DNA of 64,000 bases from OCS155 cluster bacterium AG-422-J23. Its GTDB lineage: Bacteria; Actinomycetota; Acidimicrobiia; Actinomarinales; Actinomarinaceae. The notes beneath the pieces were generated by a model. That model was not told where the DNA came from. It did not search any database and saw only the letters and a program-made list of their open reading frames with translations. Made by a program: the position numbers and the translations under genes. The stretch spans positions 150,152 through 214,151 of the forward strand of contig QCMT01000002.1 in assembly GCA_003213625.1 (NCBI GenBank), in the 5' to 3' direction. This document shows positions 19,331 through 28,914 of this stretch, in pieces; position 1 is the stretch's first letter; each line of letters opens with the position of its first letter.

Positions 19331-20250
19331 AGATATATATTAATTCTCCAAAAGAAGATTGGGTTGCTGACAGATACAGAAATGAGTGGATTCAGTATAA
19401 CAAAAAAATATTTTCAAGAAATTATTTTGGCGATAAACTTATATGGATAATCTCACCATGGACTTGGAGAAAAATACCAAAAAATATTCTAAGTACAAAA
19501 AGTGTATTATGCACAATTCACCATATTGATGAAGATAAGTTTAATGAAGATGAAAAGATAGATTTTCTTGAAAGAGATAATTTTGTTGATCACTATCATG
19601 CGATATCAGAAAAAACATATAATCAATTAAAAAAATTAACTAAAAAACCAATATCTATAATTCCTTTTTGGATAAACCAAAATATATGGAATCATATCGA
19701 AAATAAAGATAAATTAAGAAAAAAATATGGATTTAACAGTGATGATTTTTTAATTGGTACTTTTCAAAGAGACACAGAAGGAAGTGATTTGATTTCGCCA
19801 AAACTATCTAAAGGTCCTGATAGGCTCATAAAAATATATTCAGAATTAAATAGTTCAAAAGATAATTTAAAGGTCGTTCTTGCTGGAAGAAGAAGACAAT
19901 ATATCATTAATGAACTTGAAAAAAGAGAAATTAGTTTTTCTTATTTTGAAGATACAAATTTTGAATCCTTAAATGAGCTTTATAATATTTTAGATTTATA
20001 CATAGTTGCTTCCCGTTTTGAGGGCGGACCTGCATCAATTATGGAATCAGCAATAACAAAAACCCCAATTATTTCTACAAATGTTGGAATAGCCAGTGAA
20101 ATTTTACATCCTAAATCTTTATTTGATATGGATAGTGCTCATATTGCTATTCCAGATATAGATTATGCATTTGAGAAGGCTCAAAAATATACAATTCCTA
20201 AACAATTTGAGCAATACAAGCTTTTATTTGAGACTGTTTATGAAAATTAG
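19327..20250 (+). CDS. GT-B-type glycosyltransferase (GT4-like)
   Basis: ASRFEGGPASIMESAITKTPIISTNVG is an E-x7-E-like block. The ATG at 19327 forms an ATGA overlap with the upstream stop. Confidence 0.65.
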   Translation: MKIYINSPKEDWVADRYRNEWIQYNKKIFSRNYFGDKLIWIISPWTWRKIPKNILSTKSVLCTIHHIDEDKFNEDEKIDFLERDNFVDHYHAISEKTYNQLKKLTKKPISIIPFWINQNIWNHIENKDKLRKKYGFNSDDFLIGTFQRDTEGSDLISPKLSKGPDRLIKIYSELNSSKDNLKVVLAGRRRQYIINELEKREISFSYFEDTNFESLNELYNILDLYIVASRFEGGPASIMESAITKTPIISTNVGIASEILHPKSLFDMDSAHIAIPDIDYAFEKAQKYTIPKQFEQYKLLFETVYEN

Positions 20251-21271
20251 TATAGGAACAAATATCAAAGAAGGACCCTGGGGTGGAGGTAATTTATTTG
20301 CTATAAATTTAAAAAAATATTTAGAAGACAAAGGTCATGTTGTGACTAATGATCTAAAAGATAAGGATATAGATGTAATTTTAATTACTGAACCAAGAAA
20401 AACATCTGAATCATCTGCTTTTACACAAATAGATGTATTGAAATATCTGAGTTTTGTTAAAAAAGATACAATTGTTGTTCATAGGATTAATGAGTGTGAT
20501 GAAAGAAAAGGCACAAATTATGTTAACAAATATTTGATTAATGCAAATAAAGTAAGTGATGCGACAGTTTTTGTTAGTTCTTGGATAAAGAAACTATATT
20601 CCAATCAAGGATTAAATCATAGAAACGCAAGTGTAATTCTTTCTGGTGCTAATCCAGAAATATTCAATAAAGAAAACTTAAATATTTGGGATGGTTTAGA
20701 AAAACTTAAAATTGTAACACACCATTGGGGCGGAAACTGGAACAAAGGTTTTGATACTTATAAAAAATTAGATAATTTACTTAATGAAAATAAATGGAAA
20801 GATAAATTTGAATTTACCTACATAGGAAATCTACCAAAAAATTTTAAATTTAAGAATAGCCATCATATTTCACCTTTATCTGGCTTTACTCTTGCAAGTG
20901 AAATTAAAAAACACCACATTTATATAACTGGATCAATAAATGAACCTTCGGGAAATCATCACATTGAAGCTGCTCAATGTGGACTACCTTTGCTTTATAT
21001 AAATAGTGGTGGGATACCCGAATATTGCGAAGGTTTTGGAGTACAATTTGAATTAAATAATTTAGAAGAAAAAATGGATTACTTAATTAACAATTATGAA
21101 AATTTACTAGAAAAAATTAAGAATTATCCAAGAAGTGCTGAAAAAATGTCATCAGAATATGAAAAACTTTTTCTAAATTTGTATGAAAACAAAAGTAATG
21201 TCGTAAATTCAAGAAAGATAAATTTGATTGACAGCAAATTATCTAAATTTAAATACAATCTATTTAATTAA
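20240..21271 (+). CDS. GT-B-type glycosyltransferase (putative)
   Basis: EPSGNHHIEAAQCGLPLLYINSGGIPEY resembles the GT1/GT4 C-terminal nucleotide-sugar binding block. The ATG at 20240 is preferred. Confidence 0.55.
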   Translation: MKISIGTNIKEGPWGGGNLFAINLKKYLEDKGHVVTNDLKDKDIDVILITEPRKTSESSAFTQIDVLKYLSFVKKDTIVVHRINECDERKGTNYVNKYLINANKVSDATVFVSSWIKKLYSNQGLNHRNASVILSGANPEIFNKENLNIWDGLEKLKIVTHHWGGNWNKGFDTYKKLDNLLNENKWKDKFEFTYIGNLPKNFKFKNSHHISPLSGFTLASEIKKHHIYITGSINEPSGNHHIEAAQCGLPLLYINSGGIPEYCEGFGVQFELNNLEEKMDYLINNYENLLEKIKNYPRSAEKMSSEYEKLFLNLYENKSNVVNSRKINLIDSKLSKFKYNLFN

Positions 21272-22373
21272 ATATTATATTTTTTAGATTATTAAAAAAT
21301 ATATCTAAATTGTAATTCTCAGTCACTATCTTTTTTGCTTCATGTGCCACATTTTTTAATGTTTTTTGATCATTTACAAGATCTCTAATCTTATCTACCC
21401 ATAGATCTAAATCATTTTCTTTCATAAAAAAAATATTTTTATTATCTTCAAATATCTCTTTTTGCCAAAAACCTTTTGTATATGTTATTAGTACAGGAGT
21501 TCCCATTGCCATCGATTGAAGGGCCACACTTTGTCCAGATGGTTGAAAGGAATCTTTTAACGGTATTAAAGACAAAAGTGATTTATCGTATAATTCTTTT
21601 AATTGATCATCTGAAATAACCTCATCGGACCACATACCATTTATAACTTTTACATTATCAAGTCCATGAAAATCTTTATCTTCTATAAATTTTGATAAAA
21701 TTGTAAAATTTAATTCATTTAATTTGTATGGAATCTTCTTTAGAAATTCAAAATCTCTTTTTTCATCATTGCCAACAAAGAGGATGTTATTTTTTTTGTC
21801 AATATTGTTATTTGAATTCCAAAAATCATGATCGATTGAAAAAGGTAGGAAATGAAATTTGTGATCAAATCTTGAAAACTTGAGTTTTGCATAATTCATT
21901 TCCTCTTGGCTCAAAAAAATTATATTATCATTAACAAGGCAAAATAAATTAATTAAGAGTTTCCTTAAGAACATTCTTACAAAATGTCTTTTTTGATCAA
22001 GGAACAATCCCATTATGAAAACTGTAATATTTAGTTCGCCAGATAGACTTTTGAATATCGTATAAGGAAATAAAGAAAATGAAACTCTTTGGTTAACACA
22101 TATTAAATATTTTGTATTCCTTAAATCATTTCTAGTTTCTTTGTTTAGTATTTGCTCACTATAAAATGGAATTGTTGTTATGTATCTTAATGAACTGAAT
22201 ATAAAATTTATAACTTTTCTATTGCACTTTTTAAATTCTATAATATTAACATTGTTAAAACTTGATTTAAACAAATGATAAGTATAAAAAAAATCTTTTG
22301 CGTAACTTTCAGAAGGACTGTTAAGCCGACTTTTTCTTCCTCCCTGAAAAGCAAAAGTTATGTTATCCTTCAT
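21264..22373 (-). CDS. GT4-type glycosyltransferase
   Basis: 369 aa. LFVGNDEKRDF and PSGQSVALQSMAMGTPVLITYTKG match the GT-B C-terminal domain. Confidence 0.7.
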   Translation of the reverse strand: MKDNITFAFQGGRKSRLNSPSESYAKDFFYTYHLFKSSFNNVNIIEFKKCNRKVINFIFSSLRYITTIPFYSEQILNKETRNDLRNTKYLICVNQRVSFSLFPYTIFKSLSGELNITVFIMGLFLDQKRHFVRMFLRKLLINLFCLVNDNIIFLSQEEMNYAKLKFSRFDHKFHFLPFSIDHDFWNSNNNIDKKNNILFVGNDEKRDFEFLKKIPYKLNELNFTILSKFIEDKDFHGLDNVKVINGMWSDEVISDDQLKELYDKSLLSLIPLKDSFQPSGQSVALQSMAMGTPVLITYTKGFWQKEIFEDNKNIFFMKENDLDLWVDKIRDLVNDQKTLKNVAHEAKKIVTENYNLDIFFNNLKNIIFN

Positions 22374-22380
22374 TCTTTAA

Positions 22381-23733
22381 TTGATAATAATCTTAAGAGG
22401 AATAATATCTTTGTATAAAAAAATATTTACAAACACGGCAACATCTTTATATGTAGGTATGCTCGCAATGTTTATGCTTTCGGCAAGACCTTTTGCCGGG
22501 TTGTACATATTTGGATTTAAATTAGGTGAATTAATTATTGGATTTTGTTTAATCCTTTCAGTCATAATTTTATTTGTACCAAAACGAATTTTTGCAAATT
22601 ATTTCTCCAATACTGATTATTTAAATGTTCATAAGGCATTAATTTTATCTTTTGTAATTATTGTTTTATTAACAAATTCATCTTTTTCAAATCTATATAC
22701 ATATAGATCTAGTTCATTTATATGGACGATTTGCATAATTTATCTAGGTCTATATTTTTTGAATAATAAAGAATTAGAAAAATATTATTTATTTATTTTT
22801 TTACCGATACCTTTTATTAACTTTCTTTTTGCTACAGGTTTTTATCCAAACATAATTATGGATTTTTACATAAAGTTTTCTGACAAATTTCAATTTATTA
22901 AAGCCTCTGATTTATTTTTGACAGTAATTGTTGTAAATATATTATTTTTTAAAATTAAAGGTTTTAATAGAAACACAATTTTGTATCTTGTGATTACAAC
23001 TGGAATATATTTTCCATTAATGTTGTTTAACAGTAGAGGAGCTTTTATTTCATTAGCTTTATATTTACTACTGCAATTATATTTCTCAAAAAGTTACTTC
23101 AAAAATAATATTAGAAATTTTATTTACATGATGCTTTTACTAGTTGTTACTTCATTAGGCTCAACACTTTATATAGGAAACTCTTTTGAGATAATACAAG
23201 TTGAAGCTGAACCACAATTAATTTCTGAAGCTGTTGAGGGGATAGCAAAGAATAAAATCCCAACAAGAGAAGTATTGGGCTTTTATATCTGTGAAAACAG
23301 ACTTTGTTCAAAAGACAACACTTTAGATTGGAGATTAGATATTTGGGGCGATCTGGTTAATGATATGAACGATAAAAGTTTAGTTATTAAAGGCTATGGA
23401 TTCAATGAGATATTTCCTGTTATGCTTGACCCTACGGCTCCTGGAAGGCTTGGAAGAGACGGTTTAAATGAAAATGTTCATAACTATTTTGTTAATATAT
23501 ATGGACGGATGGGGATTATTGGCCTAGGAATTATATGTCTTTTTTATTTTTTATTAATAAGAAATTATCTTGTCTTTAACAAATCACTATCAATTCTCAT
23601 TTTATTAATACCTGCTTTTTTTAATTCATTTTTCGATGCAAATATGGAAGGAGTACAATATCCATTTTTGCTTTTTTCTTTCCTAGGATATGCTTTTTTA
23701 GATAATCAAAGTAAAGAAAAAACTCAAGTCTAA
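22381..23733 (+). CDS. O-antigen ligase/polymerase-like membrane protein (Wzy_C-type)
   Basis: Polytopic membrane protein. LFNSRGAFISLALYLLL, RLDIWGDL...KGYGF...NENVHNYFVNIYGRMGIIGLG matches the Wzy_C block. The start is uncertain: TTG at 22381 (7 bp from the divergent gene) or ATG at 22459. Confidence 0.65.
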   Translation: MIIILRGIISLYKKIFTNTATSLYVGMLAMFMLSARPFAGLYIFGFKLGELIIGFCLILSVIILFVPKRIFANYFSNTDYLNVHKALILSFVIIVLLTNSSFSNLYTYRSSSFIWTICIIYLGLYFLNNKELEKYYLFIFLPIPFINFLFATGFYPNIIMDFYIKFSDKFQFIKASDLFLTVIVVNILFFKIKGFNRNTILYLVITTGIYFPLMLFNSRGAFISLALYLLLQLYFSKSYFKNNIRNFIYMMLLLVVTSLGSTLYIGNSFEIIQVEAEPQLISEAVEGIAKNKIPTREVLGFYICENRLCSKDNTLDWRLDIWGDLVNDMNDKSLVIKGYGFNEIFPVMLDPTAPGRLGRDGLNENVHNYFVNIYGRMGIIGLGIICLFYFLLIRNYLVFNKSLSILILLIPAFFNSFFDANMEGVQYPFLLFSFLGYAFLDNQSKEKTQV

Positions 23734-23760
23734 TTTTTTTGTGTATAGAATAATATAATT

Positions 23761-24786
23761 ATGCAGAAAGCATTTATTACTGGTGTAACTGGTCAAGACG
23801 GATACTACTTATCTGAATTTCTACTTGATAAAGGATACGAAGTCCACGGAATAATTAGGAGATCATCTAGTTTTAATACATCTAGAATTGAACCCCTGAT
23901 ATCAAAATACAATGATAAATTTAAATTATATTATTCTGACTTACTTGACTCATCATCATTAAATAATTTAATAACAAATATCCAACCTGACGAGATTTAT
24001 AATTTAGCTGCACAATCACATGTAGCAGTATCTTTTAAGAATCCAATGTATACAATTTCATCTGGTAATCAAGGAACTATTTCAATACTTGAAGCAATCA
24101 GGAATTCAGACAAAGAAATTAAGTTTTATCAGGCGTCCTCATCTGAAATGTATGGTGGTGGTTCTAAAGAAATGTTAAATGAACAATCAGTTTTTGATCC
24201 AAAAAGTCCATATGCAGCTTCAAAAGTATTTTCGCATAATGTAACAAAACTTTATAGAGATTCTTATGATTTATTTGCTGTTAATGGAATTTTATTCAAT
24301 CATGAATCACCTTTTCGAGGAGAGACCTTTGTTACAAGAAAAATTTCACGAGCTGTTGGAAGAATATCATTAGGCTTACAAACAAAACTTACGCTTGGTA
24401 ATTTAGATGCCTCCAGAGATTGGGGATTTGCTGGTGATTATGTAGAAGGGATGTGGATGATGTTACAACACGATCGTCCAGACGACTGGGTTTTAGCAAC
24501 TGGAGAAACACATACCGTAAAAGAATTTGCTGAAGAAGCATTTGAAATGGTAAACCTCAATTGGGAGGATTATGTAGAAACCTCAGACAGGTATTTGAGG
24601 CCAAATGAAGTAGAGTATCTTCTAGGTGACAGCTCAAAAGCTCAACAACAATTAGGCTGGAAACCAAAAGTAAGTTTCAAAGACCTCGTAAAAAAAATGG
24701 TTGAAGAAGATTTGTTACTTGCTCAAAGAGAACAGGTATTACTTAAAGAAAATTTAATTTATCCAACTTGGGAAAACCACACTTAA
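23761..24786 (+). CDS. gmd: GDP-mannose 4,6-dehydratase
   Basis: 341 aa. MQKAFITGVTGQDGYYLSEFLLDKGYEVHGIIRRSSSFNTSRIE, YAASKVF and NHESPFRGETFVTRKI are near-invariant Gmd motifs. Confidence 0.95.
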   Translation: MQKAFITGVTGQDGYYLSEFLLDKGYEVHGIIRRSSSFNTSRIEPLISKYNDKFKLYYSDLLDSSSLNNLITNIQPDEIYNLAAQSHVAVSFKNPMYTISSGNQGTISILEAIRNSDKEIKFYQASSSEMYGGGSKEMLNEQSVFDPKSPYAASKVFSHNVTKLYRDSYDLFAVNGILFNHESPFRGETFVTRKISRAVGRISLGLQTKLTLGNLDASRDWGFAGDYVEGMWMMLQHDRPDDWVLATGETHTVKEFAEEAFEMVNLNWEDYVETSDRYLRPNEVEYLLGDSSKAQQQLGWKPKVSFKDLVKKMVEEDLLLAQREQVLLKENLIYPTWENHT

Positions 24787-24788
24787 AT

Positions 24789-25706
24789 CTATATATTTTT
24801 TATAAACCAATCTATAGTTTTTTCTAGGCCTTTATCCAAGGAAGTTCTGCTTTTCCAACCAAGATCATTTATTTTTTTAGAATCGAGTAATTTTCTTGGG
24901 TTACCATCTGGCTTTGAACTGTCAAAACTTAAATTACCTTTATAGTCAAGCAGTGATTGAATTTTCTTTGCAAGATCAAAAATTGTAATTTCATCACCAC
25001 TTCCAATATTATAAAGTCCAGACTCAACATTTGACTCAATAACAAATTCTATTGACTCAGCTAAGTCGTCAACATACAGAAACTCTCTTAGTGGTTTTCC
25101 ACTTCCCCAAATATTAAATTCCTTTTTACTTTCTTTTTTTGCATCAGACATTCTTCTTATTAGGCCTGGAATGACATGACTATCTTCTCTAGAAAAATTA
25201 TCGTTTGGTCCATAGAGGTTTGTAGGCATTAAATTTACAACAGTATGACCATATTGCTCATTTAAAGATTTACCTATTTCAATAGCCGCAATTTTTGCAA
25301 CTGCATAAGGTGAGTTTGTTGGCTCCAATTTTCCTTCCATAAAGTCTTCCTCATTTATTGGATTTTTAGAATTCAATGGATAAATGCAGCTACTACCCAG
25401 ATTAATAATCTTAATTTCATTTAAGTCAATACATGCCTCAAGTATGTTCATGTTTATTTTTAAATTTTCTAATATGAATTCTGTTCTCTTTGTATTGTTA
25501 GCGTGAATACCTCCGACTTTTGCTGCAGCGTTTATTATCACATCAGGTGTATTTTTTAAAATTATATTTCTAGTGTCCTCATAAGAAAATAAATCAGCAT
25601 CATCTCTAGTAGAAGAAGTTATATTAAAATTCGATTCTGACTTAGAAAGCCTTCTTACAACTGAAGATCCCACCATGCCATTACTACCAAAAACAAGTAC
25701 TTTAAT
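24789..25706 (-). CDS. fcl: GDP-L-fucose synthase (GDP-4-keto-6-deoxymannose 3,5-epimerase/4-reductase)
   Basis: INAAAKVGGIHANN, GSSCIYP and PYAVAKIAAIE are Fcl motifs. The first ATG (25676) falls inside the Rossmann GxxGxxG (..VFGSNGMVGS), so I extend to an in-frame ATT at 25704-25706, preceded by GAGGAA. Confidence 0.85.
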   Translation of the reverse strand: MKVLVFGSNGMVGSSVVRRLSKSESNFNITSSTRDDADLFSYEDTRNIILKNTPDVIINAAAKVGGIHANNTKRTEFILENLKINMNILEACIDLNEIKIINLGSSCIYPLNSKNPINEEDFMEGKLEPTNSPYAVAKIAAIEIGKSLNEQYGHTVVNLMPTNLYGPNDNFSREDSHVIPGLIRRMSDAKKESKKEFNIWGSGKPLREFLYVDDLAESIEFVIESNVESGLYNIGSGDEITIFDLAKKIQSLLDYKGNLSFDSSKPDGNPRKLLDSKKINDLGWKSRTSLDKGLEKTIDWFIKNI

Positions 25707-25794
25707 TTTGAATTCCTCTCAATAAAACGTTTTTAATCGTCAACATATATATTAAGGTAACATTAATACAATAGAATGCCAGTTAATAAAATAT

Positions 25795-26919
25795 ATGAAT
25801 AAATTAAATTTTCCAACTCACTTTCAAGATAATCTACATAGTTTTATTGAAAGTTTACAAAAAGAAGATGAAAATTTTTTGTATTTCCCAACAAATATTG
25901 GACTGACACAAGATGGTAAAAACCTATCACTAGGTTTCAGCACTTATGTTCTAAAACTTTTTTATATGACTGGCCTTTGGGATGATTTAAGTAAACCTGT
26001 GCGGGATAAATGGATAGAAAACATAAATTCTTACCAAAAAAATCATCAAAATTTACCAATAAATTCTTACATAGATCAAACATTATTAAATTTCTACAAA
26101 AAACCACCAATCTCAAAAAAGATTAAAAATTCTATTAAGAAACAACTTTCTTTTTTGTCTACTGTTAATTACTACTCATTAGACGTTCAGTTACTAAATG
26201 CGATAAGAGCAGAAACCAAACAAGCTATTTCAACAATTCATCAAGTCGGATATAAAAATACAAAACCATATTTAGAGTTTCCAAAGAGTGAATCAGAAAT
26301 TATATCTTTTTTAGAGTCATTTGATTGGAGTAAACCATGGGATGCTGGAGCTAACTTTTCTTCTATTTGTGTATTTAGTAACACACAACTTCCAGCTAAT
26401 GAATATCAAAATAACAAAGAGGTACTTTATAAATTTACTTCAAAAATTGTAGATAAGGAGACAGGCAGTTATTTTATTGGAAAGACACCTTCTGAGACAG
26501 AGCTAATAAATGGTGCAATGAAAGTAATAACAGGAATGGACTGGTTAAATGTACCCATTCATGAGCCTGAAAAACTTATAGATTATTGCTTAGGTGTAGT
26601 ACCAAAAAATGAAGGTTGTGATATTGTAGATTTGGTTTACGTACTGTTCAAGTGCTCAGAACAAACAAACTATAAAAAAAATGAGATTATTTTATATATG
26701 ATCGACATTTATAAGTTGATATTTGATCATTACTTTAAAGATTATGGTGGTTTTTCATATTACTTAAATAAAAGTCAAATGTATTACAGTGGATTAATAA
26801 TATCTGAAGGAAAATCAACACCAGATATTCATGGAACATTACTTTTATGCTGGGCAATATCAATGATTGATAAAATATCTGAATCAAATAATCTTGGTTG
26901 GAATATTATAAAGCCATAA
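25795..26919 (+). CDS. hypothetical protein (possibly an alpha/alpha-toroid, prenyltransferase-like repeat protein)
   Basis: 374-aa ORF. Weak repeat-like elements (DWSKPWDAGANF.., YGGFSYY...DIHGTLLLCWAI) recall terpenoid cyclase/prenyltransferase repeats. Not confident. Confidence 0.4.
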   Translation: MNKLNFPTHFQDNLHSFIESLQKEDENFLYFPTNIGLTQDGKNLSLGFSTYVLKLFYMTGLWDDLSKPVRDKWIENINSYQKNHQNLPINSYIDQTLLNFYKKPPISKKIKNSIKKQLSFLSTVNYYSLDVQLLNAIRAETKQAISTIHQVGYKNTKPYLEFPKSESEIISFLESFDWSKPWDAGANFSSICVFSNTQLPANEYQNNKEVLYKFTSKIVDKETGSYFIGKTPSETELINGAMKVITGMDWLNVPIHEPEKLIDYCLGVVPKNEGCDIVDLVYVLFKCSEQTNYKKNEIILYMIDIYKLIFDHYFKDYGGFSYYLNKSQMYYSGLIISEGKSTPDIHGTLLLCWAISMIDKISESNNLGWNIIKP

Positions 26920-27878
26920 TGTTAAATTTTCTTTATTGTTTCGATAATGGTTACAATATACAAGCTCAATGCTCTATTTATTCATTACTTGAAAATGTAG
27001 ATGAAAAAATAAATATTTACATAATTCACAAAAATAAAAATGATTCCAATTTTATAAATGAAAAAATTACCAATCACAGATATTTGAACAAGATAAAAGT
27101 TTATAAATTTAAATTTGAAAAAGATTTGTTTCCAAATTTAGAAAACGCACATATTACTCAGGCAACATATTACAGATTACATATTGAAAATTATTTAGAA
27201 GATGAAATAGATTTTATTACATATTTGGACGGTGACATAATTTGTTTTTCAAATCCAATACCTCAGATAAATAAAGAAATAGAAAATCTTAAAAGAGAAT
27301 CAAATATAATCTCGGCAAATACTGAGAACTCAATTTTAGATGCTGTAGAAAGGCTAGGAAATAAAACTAGTCGTTACTTTAATGCTGGAGTCTTAATTAT
27401 TAATTTTCGAGAATGGAAAAACAAATCAACAACACAAAACTTGCTGAACTTGCTAAAAAACGAAAAAAGACTTCTAAAGTTTTGGGATCAAGATTTATTA
27501 AATATTTATTTCAATGGAGAGTATGTTGAAATGTCAAAATTACTGAACTATAAATTACATATTCAATCATTTAAAAAAATTAAAAAGAAAAAAATATATG
27601 AACTCAGAGATAGTGGAATGATTTTTATTCATTATTCAGGAAAATTTAAACCTTGGACAGTTAAAGGTATTGTTCATAAAAAATGTATATTTTATCAACA
27701 GATCTACAAGAGGCTTTTTGAAGGTGATTTTCATCTTGATTACAATTACAAGAAGAATGCTTTGATCGATTTAATTAAATCAATATTTACCTTAACAATT
27801 TTTCAGGTTGATAAACCATTGAAATTAACTATCTTAGTGATAATTAGTCTTTTTAAAAAAAATGAAAAATTATATTAA
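26919..27878 (+). CDS. GT8-family glycosyltransferase (LPS alpha-1,3-galactosyl/glucosyltransferase-like)
   Basis: ATYYRLHIENYL, YLDGDIICF (DxD), YFNAGVLIINFREW, DQDLLN and HYSGKFKPW are GT8 motifs. The ATG at 26919 forms a TAATG overlap. Confidence 0.8.
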   Translation: MLNFLYCFDNGYNIQAQCSIYSLLENVDEKINIYIIHKNKNDSNFINEKITNHRYLNKIKVYKFKFEKDLFPNLENAHITQATYYRLHIENYLEDEIDFITYLDGDIICFSNPIPQINKEIENLKRESNIISANTENSILDAVERLGNKTSRYFNAGVLIINFREWKNKSTTQNLLNLLKNEKRLLKFWDQDLLNIYFNGEYVEMSKLLNYKLHIQSFKKIKKKKIYELRDSGMIFIHYSGKFKPWTVKGIVHKKCIFYQQIYKRLFEGDFHLDYNYKKNALIDLIKSIFTLTIFQVDKPLKLTILVIISLFKKNEKLY

Positions 27879-28914
27879 ATCAAGAGAAGACTTTATTTCG
27901 AGTTATTATTTTGCTCGTTTATCAAATATTTCCTACTCTGAAGTACTTACAAAAGAACAGTTTGAAAATTTAGATATTCAAAATTGTGATATTTTATCAG
28001 AGGACAATACAGCTGTTTTTTATAAATTGAATCAATTTACATTGAGGGAAAACGATGTAATTTTTACTAATTATAAGTTAATTAACGAATTATTTTTTCA
28101 CTTAAGAGAAGCTAATGAATTTAAAAATATAACCCTAATTACAAATCAGCAAGATGAGATGATTAAAAAAAGTTTATATTCTAAAAAACCTGATTGTATA
28201 TCTAGGTGGTTCTCAATAAATGTCGAGCATATTGCCGATGATTTACTAGTTTTACCTTTAGGACTTTCAAATGAATATTCACCTAAAAATCCAAATGCAG
28301 ATGATTTTTTTAAACTTTATGAAAATATGAAAGATTCTAAAGATATTTCACTGTATATAAATCATCGTGCAAATACCAATCTTTCAGATAGAAAAAACAT
28401 ATATGATATTTTTTCAGATAAGGAATGGGTTGAAATCGATGAACCAAATTTAGAAATAGGCAGTTATTTAAACAAAATTCAACATAGTTTGTTTGTATTG
28501 TGCCCATGGGGTAATGGAGTAGACACCCATAGGGTATGGGAAACACTATATAGTGGATCTATTCCTGTCATAAAAAATCATCAAACATTTACTTGCCTAA
28601 AGGATTTACCAGCATTATTCATTAATAATTATGAGGAGATAAATTTAGATTTGTTGAATGAATTTGCAGAGAAATATTATTCTAATACTTTTAATTATGA
28701 GAAGTTAAAAATGAATTATTGGGAAAACTTAATTAAAAATAATAAAAAAATTGATTCATCACTTGAAAGAATTTTTCAAGAAAGTAAATTCTATACTATT
28801 AAAACAAAAGCAAAGCTTTATTTAATTGCAAAAATTGGTCGATATAAAAAAATAGTCATATTTAATTTAAATAAAATTAAGAAAATACCAAAAAAACTAG
28901 GATTAATTAAATGA
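27862..28914 (+). CDS. exostosin-like (GT47-like) glycosyltransferase (putative)
   Basis: 350 aa. FVLCPWGNGVDTHRVWETLYSGSIPVIKN resembles the exostosin C-terminal block F.L.P.G....R..EAL..GCIPVI. Confidence 0.5.
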   Translation: MKNYIKSREDFISSYYFARLSNISYSEVLTKEQFENLDIQNCDILSEDNTAVFYKLNQFTLRENDVIFTNYKLINELFFHLREANEFKNITLITNQQDEMIKKSLYSKKPDCISRWFSINVEHIADDLLVLPLGLSNEYSPKNPNADDFFKLYENMKDSKDISLYINHRANTNLSDRKNIYDIFSDKEWVEIDEPNLEIGSYLNKIQHSLFVLCPWGNGVDTHRVWETLYSGSIPVIKNHQTFTCLKDLPALFINNYEEINLDLLNEFAEKYYSNTFNYEKLKMNYWENLIKNNKKIDSSLERIFQESKFYTIKTKAKLYLIAKIGRYKKIVIFNLNKIKKIPKKLGLIK

